Positions 20,627 to 29,166 of a DNA stretch of 64,000 nucleotides are shown here, in pieces. This stretch comes from Candidatus Kaiserbacteria bacterium (lineage in GTDB: Bacteria; Patescibacteriota; Minisyncoccia; Phycocordibacterales; UBA918), in NCBI GenBank assembly GCA_031430855.1, contig JANPCG010000012.1, positions 496-64,495 on the forward strand, read 5' to 3'. Under the pieces are notes generated by a model. It saw only the letters and a list, made by a program, of their open reading frames with translations. It was not told where the DNA came from and searched no databases. Made by a program: the position numbers and the translations under genes. How positions within the stretch are numbered: position 1 is the stretch's first letter; each line of letters starts with the position of its first letter.

Positions 20627-21589
20627 ATGAACACCTATTTTTTTAATAAAGGTATAAGTGTATTTCTCCCACTTTCTATAATCGGATTGACGTTTGTCAT
20701 GATGGGTTCCAATACTACGCAGTGGACCCTCCTCTTAATGATGGTGTTTACCTTGGGCTATACGCACTATTTTATTGGTGGATATTATCAAATAAAAGGT
20801 TTTTTGCGACATGAAAAGGCGGTTCGTTTAATGGCCGCTTTTGTTGTCTGTGTGATTTTTTCCGCCTTTTTGATTACTGTGGCACAGGTGTACGGATATA
20901 TGTGGTTAGTGGCATTTTTTGCCATTCCCTATTTTATGTTACATGGCTATTTTAATGAGATTACCCTCTTCGAGAAAAGTAGTGCCCTCTTTGTACCGCG
21001 AGGAATATTCCTGTCCGGAAGTTTGTTTTTTACCGGGCTCACGATGTTTGCGTTTACGCATCCTAGTGCCTACTTTGGTTATGATTTATCTTTTCTGTCA
21101 CCATTTGAGATAGCCTTCCAGCAAAGCGTACAGACCGTCAGTCTATTAATCGGGGATGCGTTAGCTGTTACGTTACTCGTAATGGGGGTTTTTGTAGCTT
21201 CGTATTATTTGTATACCGAGCGCCAGTATCGAAGTTTTCTTTTCATGTTGTTATTAATAGAGCTTGTAGCCATTAGTCTGGTGACTCTGGGACGTCCGAA
21301 TTATACGTACTTTTTCTTCCTCCTTTTGTCGTATCACTTTACTACCTGGGCCTTATTTTATGGTCAGCAGTTTTATACACGATCAACCAAAGCGTTTTTT
21401 CGGTATATCATTTTTCATGTGATTATTGTGAGTGGTGCCATTTTTGGCTATTGGTTGTTTGCGTATCTTGGTATTAAAAATCCATCCATCCTTGTCTTTA
21501 ATGGTAATGTCTTTCTATTTCTCACTATGGTACATATCACATCCTCGTTTTTAAATGATGCATGGTGTAGAAGGCTGCTTGGTACTTAG
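20627..21589 (+). CDS. Polytopic integral membrane protein, hypothetical
   Basis: 320 aa with about 9-10 hydrophobic helices. Confidence 0.4.
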   Translation: MNTYFFNKGISVFLPLSIIGLTFVMMGSNTTQWTLLLMMVFTLGYTHYFIGGYYQIKGFLRHEKAVRLMAAFVVCVIFSAFLITVAQVYGYMWLVAFFAIPYFMLHGYFNEITLFEKSSALFVPRGIFLSGSLFFTGLTMFAFTHPSAYFGYDLSFLSPFEIAFQQSVQTVSLLIGDALAVTLLVMGVFVASYYLYTERQYRSFLFMLLLIELVAISLVTLGRPNYTYFFFLLLSYHFTTWALFYGQQFYTRSTKAFFRYIIFHVIIVSGAIFGYWLFAYLGIKNPSILVFNGNVFLFLTMVHITSSFLNDAWCRRLLGT

Positions 21590-21617
21590 CTAGAGGGATA
21601 ACTATATTTTAAAATAC

Positions 21618-22454
21618 GTGGTGGCGTTATACTATTTATATATGCCACCAAATCAAGATGAACCAATTGTGTACGAAAAAAAACCAACGTCCCCTGTAGC
21701 CAAGGTTGTCCTTGGTCTTATGATTGGATTTATAGTATTAGTCTGTGTAGGTTTTATTCTTACACAAACTACCAAAAATACCGATGTGCCGACTCCTGTC
21801 GTTGATGATCCAGAGGCGCAGCTGCAAGCAGAAATTGCTCGGATTAAAGCTGAGGCAGAAGGAAAACCTTTTGTCTTTACGGCTGTGTCTGACGCACTTA
21901 ATCAAATTTCACTCCCACCCCCACCTTCAAGCAATGACAATGATGCAACAGTATATGCACAACTAAAAGCAACAACGACAGTATCCGAGGCAGTAGTGCA
22001 GGATGATGTGGTTTTTAATCTTGCGCCTCTTGGTATCTCATATATTGATTATCTCAATAACCTTGATAATCCAAGTGAAATTTACCAACTTACCGACGAA
22101 TTACATCAATTAACGTTAGCTTTAAACGAAAAGTATAAACGACCGCCGTTAGCAGAAAGAATTCAGGGAGTGATTCAAATAGCGCCACTTGATACAATTG
22201 TGGCAGGTAATGAAACCCCCTCGGTGTATCCAAGTATCCGAGCGGTTGATGCTTTTTTGGCGCTTGAAATTATGGCACGCATCGATCCTGAGAATGCTGC
22301 TCTTTATGAGGCTGCAACTATGGGTGTTATTAATCGGGGAATCGGCTATGGGCTGTATGGACAAAGTGATGTCGATGCTGCACGGTCGCTCGTAACACAG
22401 TATATGAATATCTACGCAGCCTCTTCGACTGAAGCGGTAACAGATAAAAATTAA
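21618..22454 (+). CDS. Membrane-anchored hypothetical protein
   Basis: One TM helix then a soluble domain; start may be ATG 21642 rather than GTG 21618. Confidence 0.4.
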   Translation: MVALYYLYMPPNQDEPIVYEKKPTSPVAKVVLGLMIGFIVLVCVGFILTQTTKNTDVPTPVVDDPEAQLQAEIARIKAEAEGKPFVFTAVSDALNQISLPPPPSSNDNDATVYAQLKATTTVSEAVVQDDVVFNLAPLGISYIDYLNNLDNPSEIYQLTDELHQLTLALNEKYKRPPLAERIQGVIQIAPLDTIVAGNETPSVYPSIRAVDAFLALEIMARIDPENAALYEAATMGVINRGIGYGLYGQSDVDAARSLVTQYMNIYAASSTEAVTDKN

Positions 22455-22457
22455 TTT

Positions 22458-23480
22458 ATGATTTATTCCTTAAAAAAACAAACGCCAGTTTTTATTCTCC
22501 TGAGCTGTCTGCTTGGTGTTCTCGTAATGAGTTCTCCTGTTTTTGCTGGTGGAGGAGCTAGTAGTGGGGGTAGTGGAGGTAGTGGAGGTTTTAGCAATGG
22601 CGGCACTAGGGTTGTAGGCGGTGCTACAGCGGTAGGAAATTGGAGTAGTGCAAACCGAATTTCAAATAGTGTAGCGGAGTATAACAATAACAATAATTCT
22701 AGACCAGGAGGAACGTGGGAAGCAAGAACTTCCTATAACCCAAGTACGGGTACGTACACCTCAAGCGCTGTATTCACTCGTGAATCATCTGGTGGCAACG
22801 GTGGTGGAAATACTTTTACGCCAATTCGAACTACTCCCCCAGGTGGTGGTACTCCACCCTCACCACCTCCACCTCCACCTCCACCTCCAGTCCCACCGAC
22901 ACTCAGTTTGGCAGCAGAAGTTAATGACGCTCGTGACTACAACGCAAACACAACAATTCGTGTGGCACCGAGTGATAAAATAGATTTGACATGGAACTCT
23001 ACCAGAGCTACTACGTGTACCAATAACTTTGGTGGTACGGGTCTCAATAACACAATTGCCATTAATCCAAACGCCATCGTACCGGGGACATCACGCTTAT
23101 TCCAAATGTTGTGTTCGGGAGCAGGGGGGAGTATTGCGCGCATGATTACAGCTGAGGTGCCTGGTGTAGTAATAAATCTAACAGCCGATAAAAATTTAGT
23201 CCGGTATGGTGAAACGGTCACGTACACATGGACGGTTGCGCTCAGTTCACCTTTGTCGAGCGTACCAAGTACGACACCGTATCCAATGAACTGTGTCCTA
23301 AGCGGGGGAGCAAACACAACCTTTAATGCGACGACAGAACCAACGGGAAGTATTACATCAGAAGCACTCACGAACTCTAGGCAGACTACACTTACGTGTA
23401 CTGAAACAGCAGCTGGTACTGGCTATCGGGTGAGTGATTCAATTATTATTGAAATCATTCCGCGATCAGAAGAGACCTAA
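22458..23480 (+). CDS. Secreted/surface protein with Gly-Ser-rich and poly-Pro linker
   Basis: Signal peptide; GGSGGSGG repeats; PPSPPPPPPPPPVPP encoded by a (CCACCT)n microsatellite. Confidence 0.5.
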   Translation: MIYSLKKQTPVFILLSCLLGVLVMSSPVFAGGGASSGGSGGSGGFSNGGTRVVGGATAVGNWSSANRISNSVAEYNNNNNSRPGGTWEARTSYNPSTGTYTSSAVFTRESSGGNGGGNTFTPIRTTPPGGGTPPSPPPPPPPPPVPPTLSLAAEVNDARDYNANTTIRVAPSDKIDLTWNSTRATTCTNNFGGTGLNNTIAINPNAIVPGTSRLFQMLCSGAGGSIARMITAEVPGVVINLTADKNLVRYGETVTYTWTVALSSPLSSVPSTTPYPMNCVLSGGANTTFNATTEPTGSITSEALTNSRQTTLTCTETAAGTGYRVSDSIIIEIIPRSEET

Positions 23481-23534
23481 TTATTTTTCTGAAAGAAGAG
23501 TAAAAGTCACCATATTGGTGGCTTTTTATGTCTA

Positions 23535-24107
23535 TTAAGATAGTTTTTGGAGTGCTTTCCGAACGACGCTACTCGTTGATTCAGTAATATCTAATTCTTC
23601 TAATGCCCGCCTGATGTTTATTGGGTTATATCCCAACGTGAGGAGGGTATCAAATACATCATTATAAGCGCTGATATTTTGTTCGGTGTTTGGGGCGGCT
23701 GCAACAAACGTGAGGGTTTCAACCTTGTCTTTGAGTTCGGTGACAATTTTTTCAGCTGTCTTCCTCGTGATGCCAGAGAGTTTATGTAAATGTGCCGCGT
23801 CACCCAAATTCACTGCTTCGAGGATAAGGGTAACGTCAGCCGCGTCTAATATTTGGATAGCAGACTTTGGTCCAATTTTTGAAATTCCGAGCAAAAGTTC
23901 GAAACAGTCAAGTTCAATTTCGGTTAAAAACCCATATAAATCAAGGGCGTTTTCACGGACAGCGAGGTGAGTATGAAGGGTAATCTGATCTCCAGAAATA
24001 ATCCCTGATTTTTTGGTGGTCCGTACTAAGTACCCGAGATTATTGCACTCAAGAACAACCCCCTGAGGGGTGACGCGCACGACAATACCGGAAATGAGCC
24101 GAATCAT
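23535..24107 (-). CDS. ruvA: Holliday junction DNA helicase subunit RuvA
   Basis: MIRLISGIV start; OB fold plus HhH domains. Confidence 0.8.
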   Translation of the reverse strand: MIRLISGIVVRVTPQGVVLECNNLGYLVRTTKKSGIISGDQITLHTHLAVRENALDLYGFLTEIELDCFELLLGISKIGPKSAIQILDAADVTLILEAVNLGDAAHLHKLSGITRKTAEKIVTELKDKVETLTFVAAAPNTEQNISAYNDVFDTLLTLGYNPINIRRALEELDITESTSSVVRKALQKLS

Positions 24108-24199
24108 AGTATGAGCATTGTACCCCAATTAAGGCTTCTGCCCCAGAGGTTGATTTTTTTTTATAAATACGGTACAGTTCCCTAACTTAAATATATTAT

Positions 24200-24469
24200 A
24201 TGGCAATTACCAGAGGAGCAAAAAAAGCAGTACGTAGTAGTGACCGCAAGCGCGTTTACAACATCCGTACTACGAGCGCAATGCGTGACGTGGTTAAAGA
24301 TATCAAAAAAGCAATTGTAGCCGGCAACGGAGCTGAAGCAAAAACGATGCTCCCTGCCGCGTACAAAGCGATTGACAAAGCAGCCAAGCGTGGAGTTATC
24401 AAAGATAACACCGCAGACCGAAAAAAGTCTCGACTCTCAGCCGCTATCAAAAAGGCAACGGCAAAGTAA
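24200..24469 (+). CDS. rpsT: 30S ribosomal protein S20
   Basis: 89 aa, MAITRGAKKAVRSSDRKR...AAIKKATAK. Confidence 0.85.
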   Translation: MAITRGAKKAVRSSDRKRVYNIRTTSAMRDVVKDIKKAIVAGNGAEAKTMLPAAYKAIDKAAKRGVIKDNTADRKKSRLSAAIKKATAK

Positions 24470-24472
24470 CAA

Positions 24473-24498
24473 AAAAGACCCCGAGGGGGTCTTTTTTG
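24473..24498 (+). terminator. Rho-independent terminator after rpsT
   Basis: aaaaaagacccc-gag-ggggtctttttt. Confidence 0.75.
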
Positions 24499-24644
24499 TT
24501 GAGTTAGAGGGAGATTCTTTATCCTAATGAAATTATTCCTCTAGTCTAAAATATTATCCAAAAACGAGAAGGGAGATTCGGTCGTTAACACGACCAGTAC
24601 CCCAATTGGATAGTTTACCTCGCTTCGCTCCCAAACTATCTCAA

Positions 24645-24668
24645 TCGGGCTTCGAATCTCCCTCTCTC
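24645..24668 (+). repeat. tRNA-Ser 3'-end copy (att-like), inverted relative to the tRNA-Ser gene
   Basis: cttcgaatctccctctctc is an 18-19 nt perfect reverse complement of the gagagagggagattcgaa in tRNA-Ser at 39105-39123. Confidence 0.6.
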
Positions 24669-24871
24669 GCGCAAAATACAACAAAACCCAAACAAGGCTC
24701 AAGCTTTGTTTGGGTTTTGGTATTTGCGGGCTAGGTGAGTTAAGTACCCCCATGCTCAAGCCTTGTAAGGGTATTCTAGCACTTTTAGGGTAGGTCGATT
24801 TAGGTACGTGGGTCGGGGTCTGTGTATCGGAAAGGACGGCTCTTTTGCTCAGAATGAGACAAATGAGACAC

Positions 24872-25567
24872 CTACGCGTATTTGCCACCTCCTGTCTCGT
24901 CTGGGGCTATATAGAAGTCTATACGGGTCGCACCACTGTCACCGACAGGATCGTCAAAGGAGACAATCGGAGGCTTTCCCCTCGCTGAGTATTCAAGGGT
25001 TCTAAAGAGGTATCCAAGGTAGGATCCGGTATAGCGGTACCTGAGCATACATCCGACAATATGAGCGGTAACCTCATCAGGGTAGCCCTTCCACTTGTAT
25101 ATCTGAGGATAGAGATCCATCCAGTCATTCACGACATACGTCACCCATGTCACCAGTTCATCCCGAGCGCAGGTATTACCTTTCTGTGCTAACCGCACTA
25201 ACGACACAGTCATCTTGTTACAAATCTCCTTATCCTTGCCATCACTCCGAACGATAAACAGATAGAGCTTGTCTTTGTATTTAGCGAGGACTTTATCAAC
25301 TTCTTCCTGCTTCTCATAGAAACGAATCTTTTTGCACTTATACCGTACCCACTTCTTCTGGTACCTGCGGTCCAGCTGTTCCGTAATCGCATCCCAATCG
25401 GGAGTATCTTGCTCAGTTCTGAAGTGTTTGGTAACGCACAGGTAGACTGGCTGGGACTGTTTAAAAATCCACGAACTCGTAAATGTCTCTGGATTATGTG
25501 ACGCTAGGAGGTCATTGAGTTTTTGGATTGCGGTATGTATTTCAATGGAAATAGTATATCGAATTTT
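24872..25567 (-). pseudogene. Hypothetical protein, apparently 5'-truncated (open for 232 codons with no ATG/GTG/TTG upstream of residue 120)
   Basis: Hand translation is open from 25567 down to the M at 25213; the first candidate start leaves only 113 aa. Confidence 0.35.
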
Positions 25568-25950
25568 TTATAGCTGTGGAAAACTATTTCAAAATCAGGT
25601 GTACGGAGAAACCCTTATTTCGTATGTCTATTATCGCTGAAATAATTATAACCCTCCTGATAATAAAACAGTGAAAAACTGCGATTATAACACTGCCTAA
25701 CTTTTGTAATCTTTGCTAGGGTATTAATGCAGGTACGCTTGCGCAAAGATATACGCACGGATTGTCTAAGTGCAGTTAATGAAGACAATGGTGTATACGC
25801 CTCATATGGTGAGGAGTTTGAATACCAAATATAACCTTGATTCCAACGTGAAAGGAATCAAAACAATTTTTAGAGCAACCGATATCGGACTGAGTTGCTC
25901 GCATAATACCTAACTGCAAAAGACACACTTAATAATTAAGTGATTTTGCC

Positions 25951-27315
25951 ATGTCCAATGAAACAACAACGCTGGGAAACGAGCGTGATCTTAAGATCGA
26001 ATACGTTTCCATCTCGGAACTAACGTCACCAGAATACAACCCTCGGTTCTGGAGTGAAGAAAATAAGGAAGAACTTAAACAAAGCATTATTCGCTATGGA
26101 GTGGTAGATCCACTTCTGGTAAATAGTGCAGAAGAACGAAAAGGAATTGTGATTGGAGGAAACTTCAGACTCAGTGTCTTGAAGGAACTTGGTCACGATA
26201 CAGTACCAGTTGTATATATCTCCATCCCTGAACTCGAAAAAGAAAAGGAGCTGTGTCTTCGATTGAACAAAAACCAAGGTGAGTGGAACATGGAACTCCT
26301 GGCTCAATTCGATGAGACGTTCTTGTCTGACCTCGGCTTTGATTCAACAGAGCTCGATAAAGTTTTTGAAGAAGACGACAACGAAGAACAGTTTGACCTG
26401 AAGAAAGAATTGGAGAAAGTCGGTATTGATAATATTACCGTAGAGAAAGGTGACGTCTACGATCTCGATGGGTCACGCCTTATGTGCGGAGACTCCACTA
26501 TCGAAGCAGACATGCTCAAGCTATGTGGCGAACACAAGATAGATATGGTCATGACTGATCCGCCGTACATCCTCGATTATCTTCACGGCAAGACCAAGAA
26601 AGATGGAGAAGCTGTGACCGGCTTTGGTGCCAAGAAGAATCGTCGCTACCTTGAGACTGATGTATTGCCTGATAACTTCACGGAGTTATGGATGGATAAC
26701 GTGGTGAAGGTACAAAATGAGAACTTCTCAATTATCGTCTATGAGAACTGGAAGAATATTCGTACCGTTTGGGACGAGCTTGAAAAGCATTGGAAGGTAC
26801 GCAATATGCTCGTCTGGCATTTACCGAATCGTAACCAAGGATATGCGGGAAAGCTTAAGTTCTTCTCCAAGTACGACATCGCCATGGTTGCTACTTCAAC
26901 TGAAGAAACCGTGCCTGATGTTGAAACTGAGGATATCGAACTTGTTCAAAACGAGTACGATACCGCACTCTTTGCTATCTCTGGAAAACCGCAATGGGAG
27001 GGTTATCAGAAAGGATCAAAGTACTGCCCGACTGACTTCATTGAGTACAACGCTTCCGATGAGAAGTCGTCTGGTCAAGGAATCATCTTTGGCACGAAGC
27101 CAATTCAGATATTGATTCCGTATATCAAGATACTTACTAAACGAGACCAATTAGTATTGGAACCTTTTGGTGGTAGTGGCTCAACTCTGATTGCCTCAAC
27201 GAAACTAAGTCGGCGTTGCTTCATCATGGAAAAGTCTCCTGTCTATGCAGAGGTGATTCTTAATCGCTGGGAAAAGCTGACAGGAAAGAAGCGAGTTAAG
27301 GTCAATCATGAGTAG
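25951..27315 (+). CDS. ParB-like nuclease domain fused to a beta-class DNA methyltransferase
   Basis: N-terminal ParB/Srx fold (VDPLLVN..IVIGGNFR); C-terminal DPPY motif IV preceding FGGSGST motif I (circularly permuted order). Confidence 0.75.
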   Translation: MSNETTTLGNERDLKIEYVSISELTSPEYNPRFWSEENKEELKQSIIRYGVVDPLLVNSAEERKGIVIGGNFRLSVLKELGHDTVPVVYISIPELEKEKELCLRLNKNQGEWNMELLAQFDETFLSDLGFDSTELDKVFEEDDNEEQFDLKKELEKVGIDNITVEKGDVYDLDGSRLMCGDSTIEADMLKLCGEHKIDMVMTDPPYILDYLHGKTKKDGEAVTGFGAKKNRRYLETDVLPDNFTELWMDNVVKVQNENFSIIVYENWKNIRTVWDELEKHWKVRNMLVWHLPNRNQGYAGKLKFFSKYDIAMVATSTEETVPDVETEDIELVQNEYDTALFAISGKPQWEGYQKGSKYCPTDFIEYNASDEKSSGQGIIFGTKPIQILIPYIKILTKRDQLVLEPFGGSGSTLIASTKLSRRCFIMEKSPVYAEVILNRWEKLTGKKRVKVNHE

Positions 27316-27862
27316 ACTTCATGAAAAATCTAAAATCCTTCAAATACTCAGTGAGACACCACTGGTATCTTTGTCGTGCAAGAAGATTGGGGTGTCGCGA
27401 GCCACCTATTACCGCTGGTACAAAGATGACAAGAGCTTCCGAGATCAGGCGGATCAAATACTGGATATCGGCAGAAAGAATATAAATGATTTGGCTGAAC
27501 AATCACTCATCAAAGAGATAGCAAAAGGTAACATGGTGGCTGTACGCTTTTGGCTCCAGCACAATGATAAAAGATATGTACCTATCAGAACTACGTATGT
27601 ACCTCCTACAAATCACTTCCATAGATTAAATGTTGGAGAAGTTTGTTCGACGTGTGGTTATAGAGAAAAGGATCCAAAAGAACTTACATTGATTGCTAAC
27701 CACTCTGACGAACTCAAGGAAATAGAAACGGTTAAAAAGATGAGTAGAAAAGAACTTCATAAGAAGATTCTTGAAAAGAAAGCTATATTGCCAAGTAAAG
27801 AGCTGACCCAATATATGAACGAATTGTATAAGCGCAATAACCCAAGTGGTTATGACCTGTAG
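27308..27862 (+). CDS. HTH DNA-binding protein (terminase-small-subunit/regulator-like)
   Basis: CKKIGVSRATYYRWYKDD helix-turn-helix; start overlaps the methyltransferase stop. Confidence 0.5.
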   Translation: MSRLHEKSKILQILSETPLVSLSCKKIGVSRATYYRWYKDDKSFRDQADQILDIGRKNINDLAEQSLIKEIAKGNMVAVRFWLQHNDKRYVPIRTTYVPPTNHFHRLNVGEVCSTCGYREKDPKELTLIANHSDELKEIETVKKMSRKELHKKILEKKAILPSKELTQYMNELYKRNNPSGYDL

Positions 27863-27880
27863 TAATGGCTCAACATGAAC

Positions 27881-28135
27881 TTATTTAATTAAGATTAAAA
27901 ACAATAGGATAAATATAGTAACGAGGACTAAAGTAGTTACTTTTAGTAAAGTCTTAATGCTGAGTAAAGTGGCAACTGATTCAATTGACTTAGACTTAAT
28001 ATCTTCGATAACATCAAACAAAGTGTCGGTTGTAAATCCTTGTGTTAAGTTACGTTCAATGTTCGAAAGTCTGCCAACATCTTCTGAGATGGATAAAAGG
28101 AGTTCTTTCTCGGTGTACTGTTCAATATTTTTCAT
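27881..28135 (-). CDS. Small protein with C-terminal TM anchor
   Basis: 84 aa with a hydrophobic C-terminus. Confidence 0.25.
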   Translation of the reverse strand: MKNIEQYTEKELLLSISEDVGRLSNIERNLTQGFTTDTLFDVIEDIKSKSIESVATLLSIKTLLKVTTLVLVTIFILLFLILIK

Positions 28136-28437
28136 AAATCTTTGGACGGATTTTGTTGATAATGCGGACTAGGCAGGTAGCAAAAAGCTCCTAACCAGGC
28201 CGACACACCCCGTGAGGTATGCCCATACCAGTTTCCCAGTATGACCGTCCAAAGTAGCTCTGATTAGGAGTTCTTTACTTTGGACAGATTTGCGACCATA
28301 TCCTCAAGCGAACTTGAGGGGTTAGGTCTATATATTCAGTTGTTCTACGATGACAATAATAGCAAAAATATCGCTATCAGTCAGTACCTTAGCTTAGATT
28401 CCGAGCCTTGCGAAGGGGTCTGTTGCCAACACCTTAT

Positions 28438-29166
28438 CTAGCAAACCGTTGAGCCAATTGTCTCAAGTTTCTCCTTCACCTTCTCCCATTTAGGGAACTT
28501 CTGATCAAGGAAGGTAAAGAATCTTTTATCGTGATTCTTATACTTCATATGGCAGAGTTCGTGAACGATAACGTAGTCGATACAGTCCTTTGAAGTGTGA
28601 ATCAGTTTAGGGTTGAGGAATATCTTGTCTTGGTTCAAGAAACTACCCCAACGCTTCTTCATTTCTCGAATAGATAGCTTCGGCGTACTCTTGAAATCAA
28701 AGCGAGTAAGCATCTCGGTAAACCTATCTTGAAAGATGAGGTTAGTTTTCTCTGCAAACCAATTCTCGATAAGCTTCTTGTTGTGTTTGCCGTCGGTAAC
28801 TGATTTTGTTGTGAGAACAACGAGTTGACCTCGGGTAAGCGAAACAGAATCCTCTCTAGCTTTTCGAACAATGAGTTTGTATTGTCTACCGAGGTATAGG
28901 TATCCCTCGCCTGACACATATTCTTTTTCGTACATCTTTCGCTGGTACTTCTTAAAGAACGAAAGTTGCTTCTCTAGCCAGAACCACTTCTTTTGGAGAA
29001 AGGCTTCAATTCTTTCGCCTTCAGCTTTGAGGGGACACTTTACGATAATGCGTAAATCTGGAGTAACCGTGAGGCTCAGCGTTTTACGGTCTTGTTTAAT
29101 AAGTTGATATTCGTATATGAATGTTCCGAAGATAAATTCCTTCATATGATTATAAGAACAAATCAA
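28438..29166 (-). CDS. DUF45/YgjP-like zinc metallohydrolase (HExxH)
   Basis: VIVHELCHMKYKNHD motif; this family is commonly encoded beside type I hsdR. Confidence 0.6.
   Translation of the reverse strand: MICSYNHMKEFIFGTFIYEYQLIKQDRKTLSLTVTPDLRIIVKCPLKAEGERIEAFLQKKWFWLEKQLSFFKKYQRKMYEKEYVSGEGYLYLGRQYKLIVRKAREDSVSLTRGQLVVLTTKSVTDGKHNKKLIENWFAEKTNLIFQDRFTEMLTRFDFKSTPKLSIREMKKRWGSFLNQDKIFLNPKLIHTSKDCIDYVIVHELCHMKYKNHDKRFFTFLDQKFPKWEKVKEKLETIGSTVC

Noticed and set aside
22937-23371. 144-aa minus-strand ORF
   Set aside because: Antisense within the secreted-protein gene.
24566-24668. Possible tRNA-Ser gene on the + strand
   Set aside because: Only the 3' about 25 nt match a tRNA; the 5' part does not fold into D or anticodon arms. 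Interpreted as an att-like remnant.
25210-25392. 60-aa Arg-rich ORF
   Set aside because: Out-of-frame overlap with the longer continuous reading frame 24872-25567.
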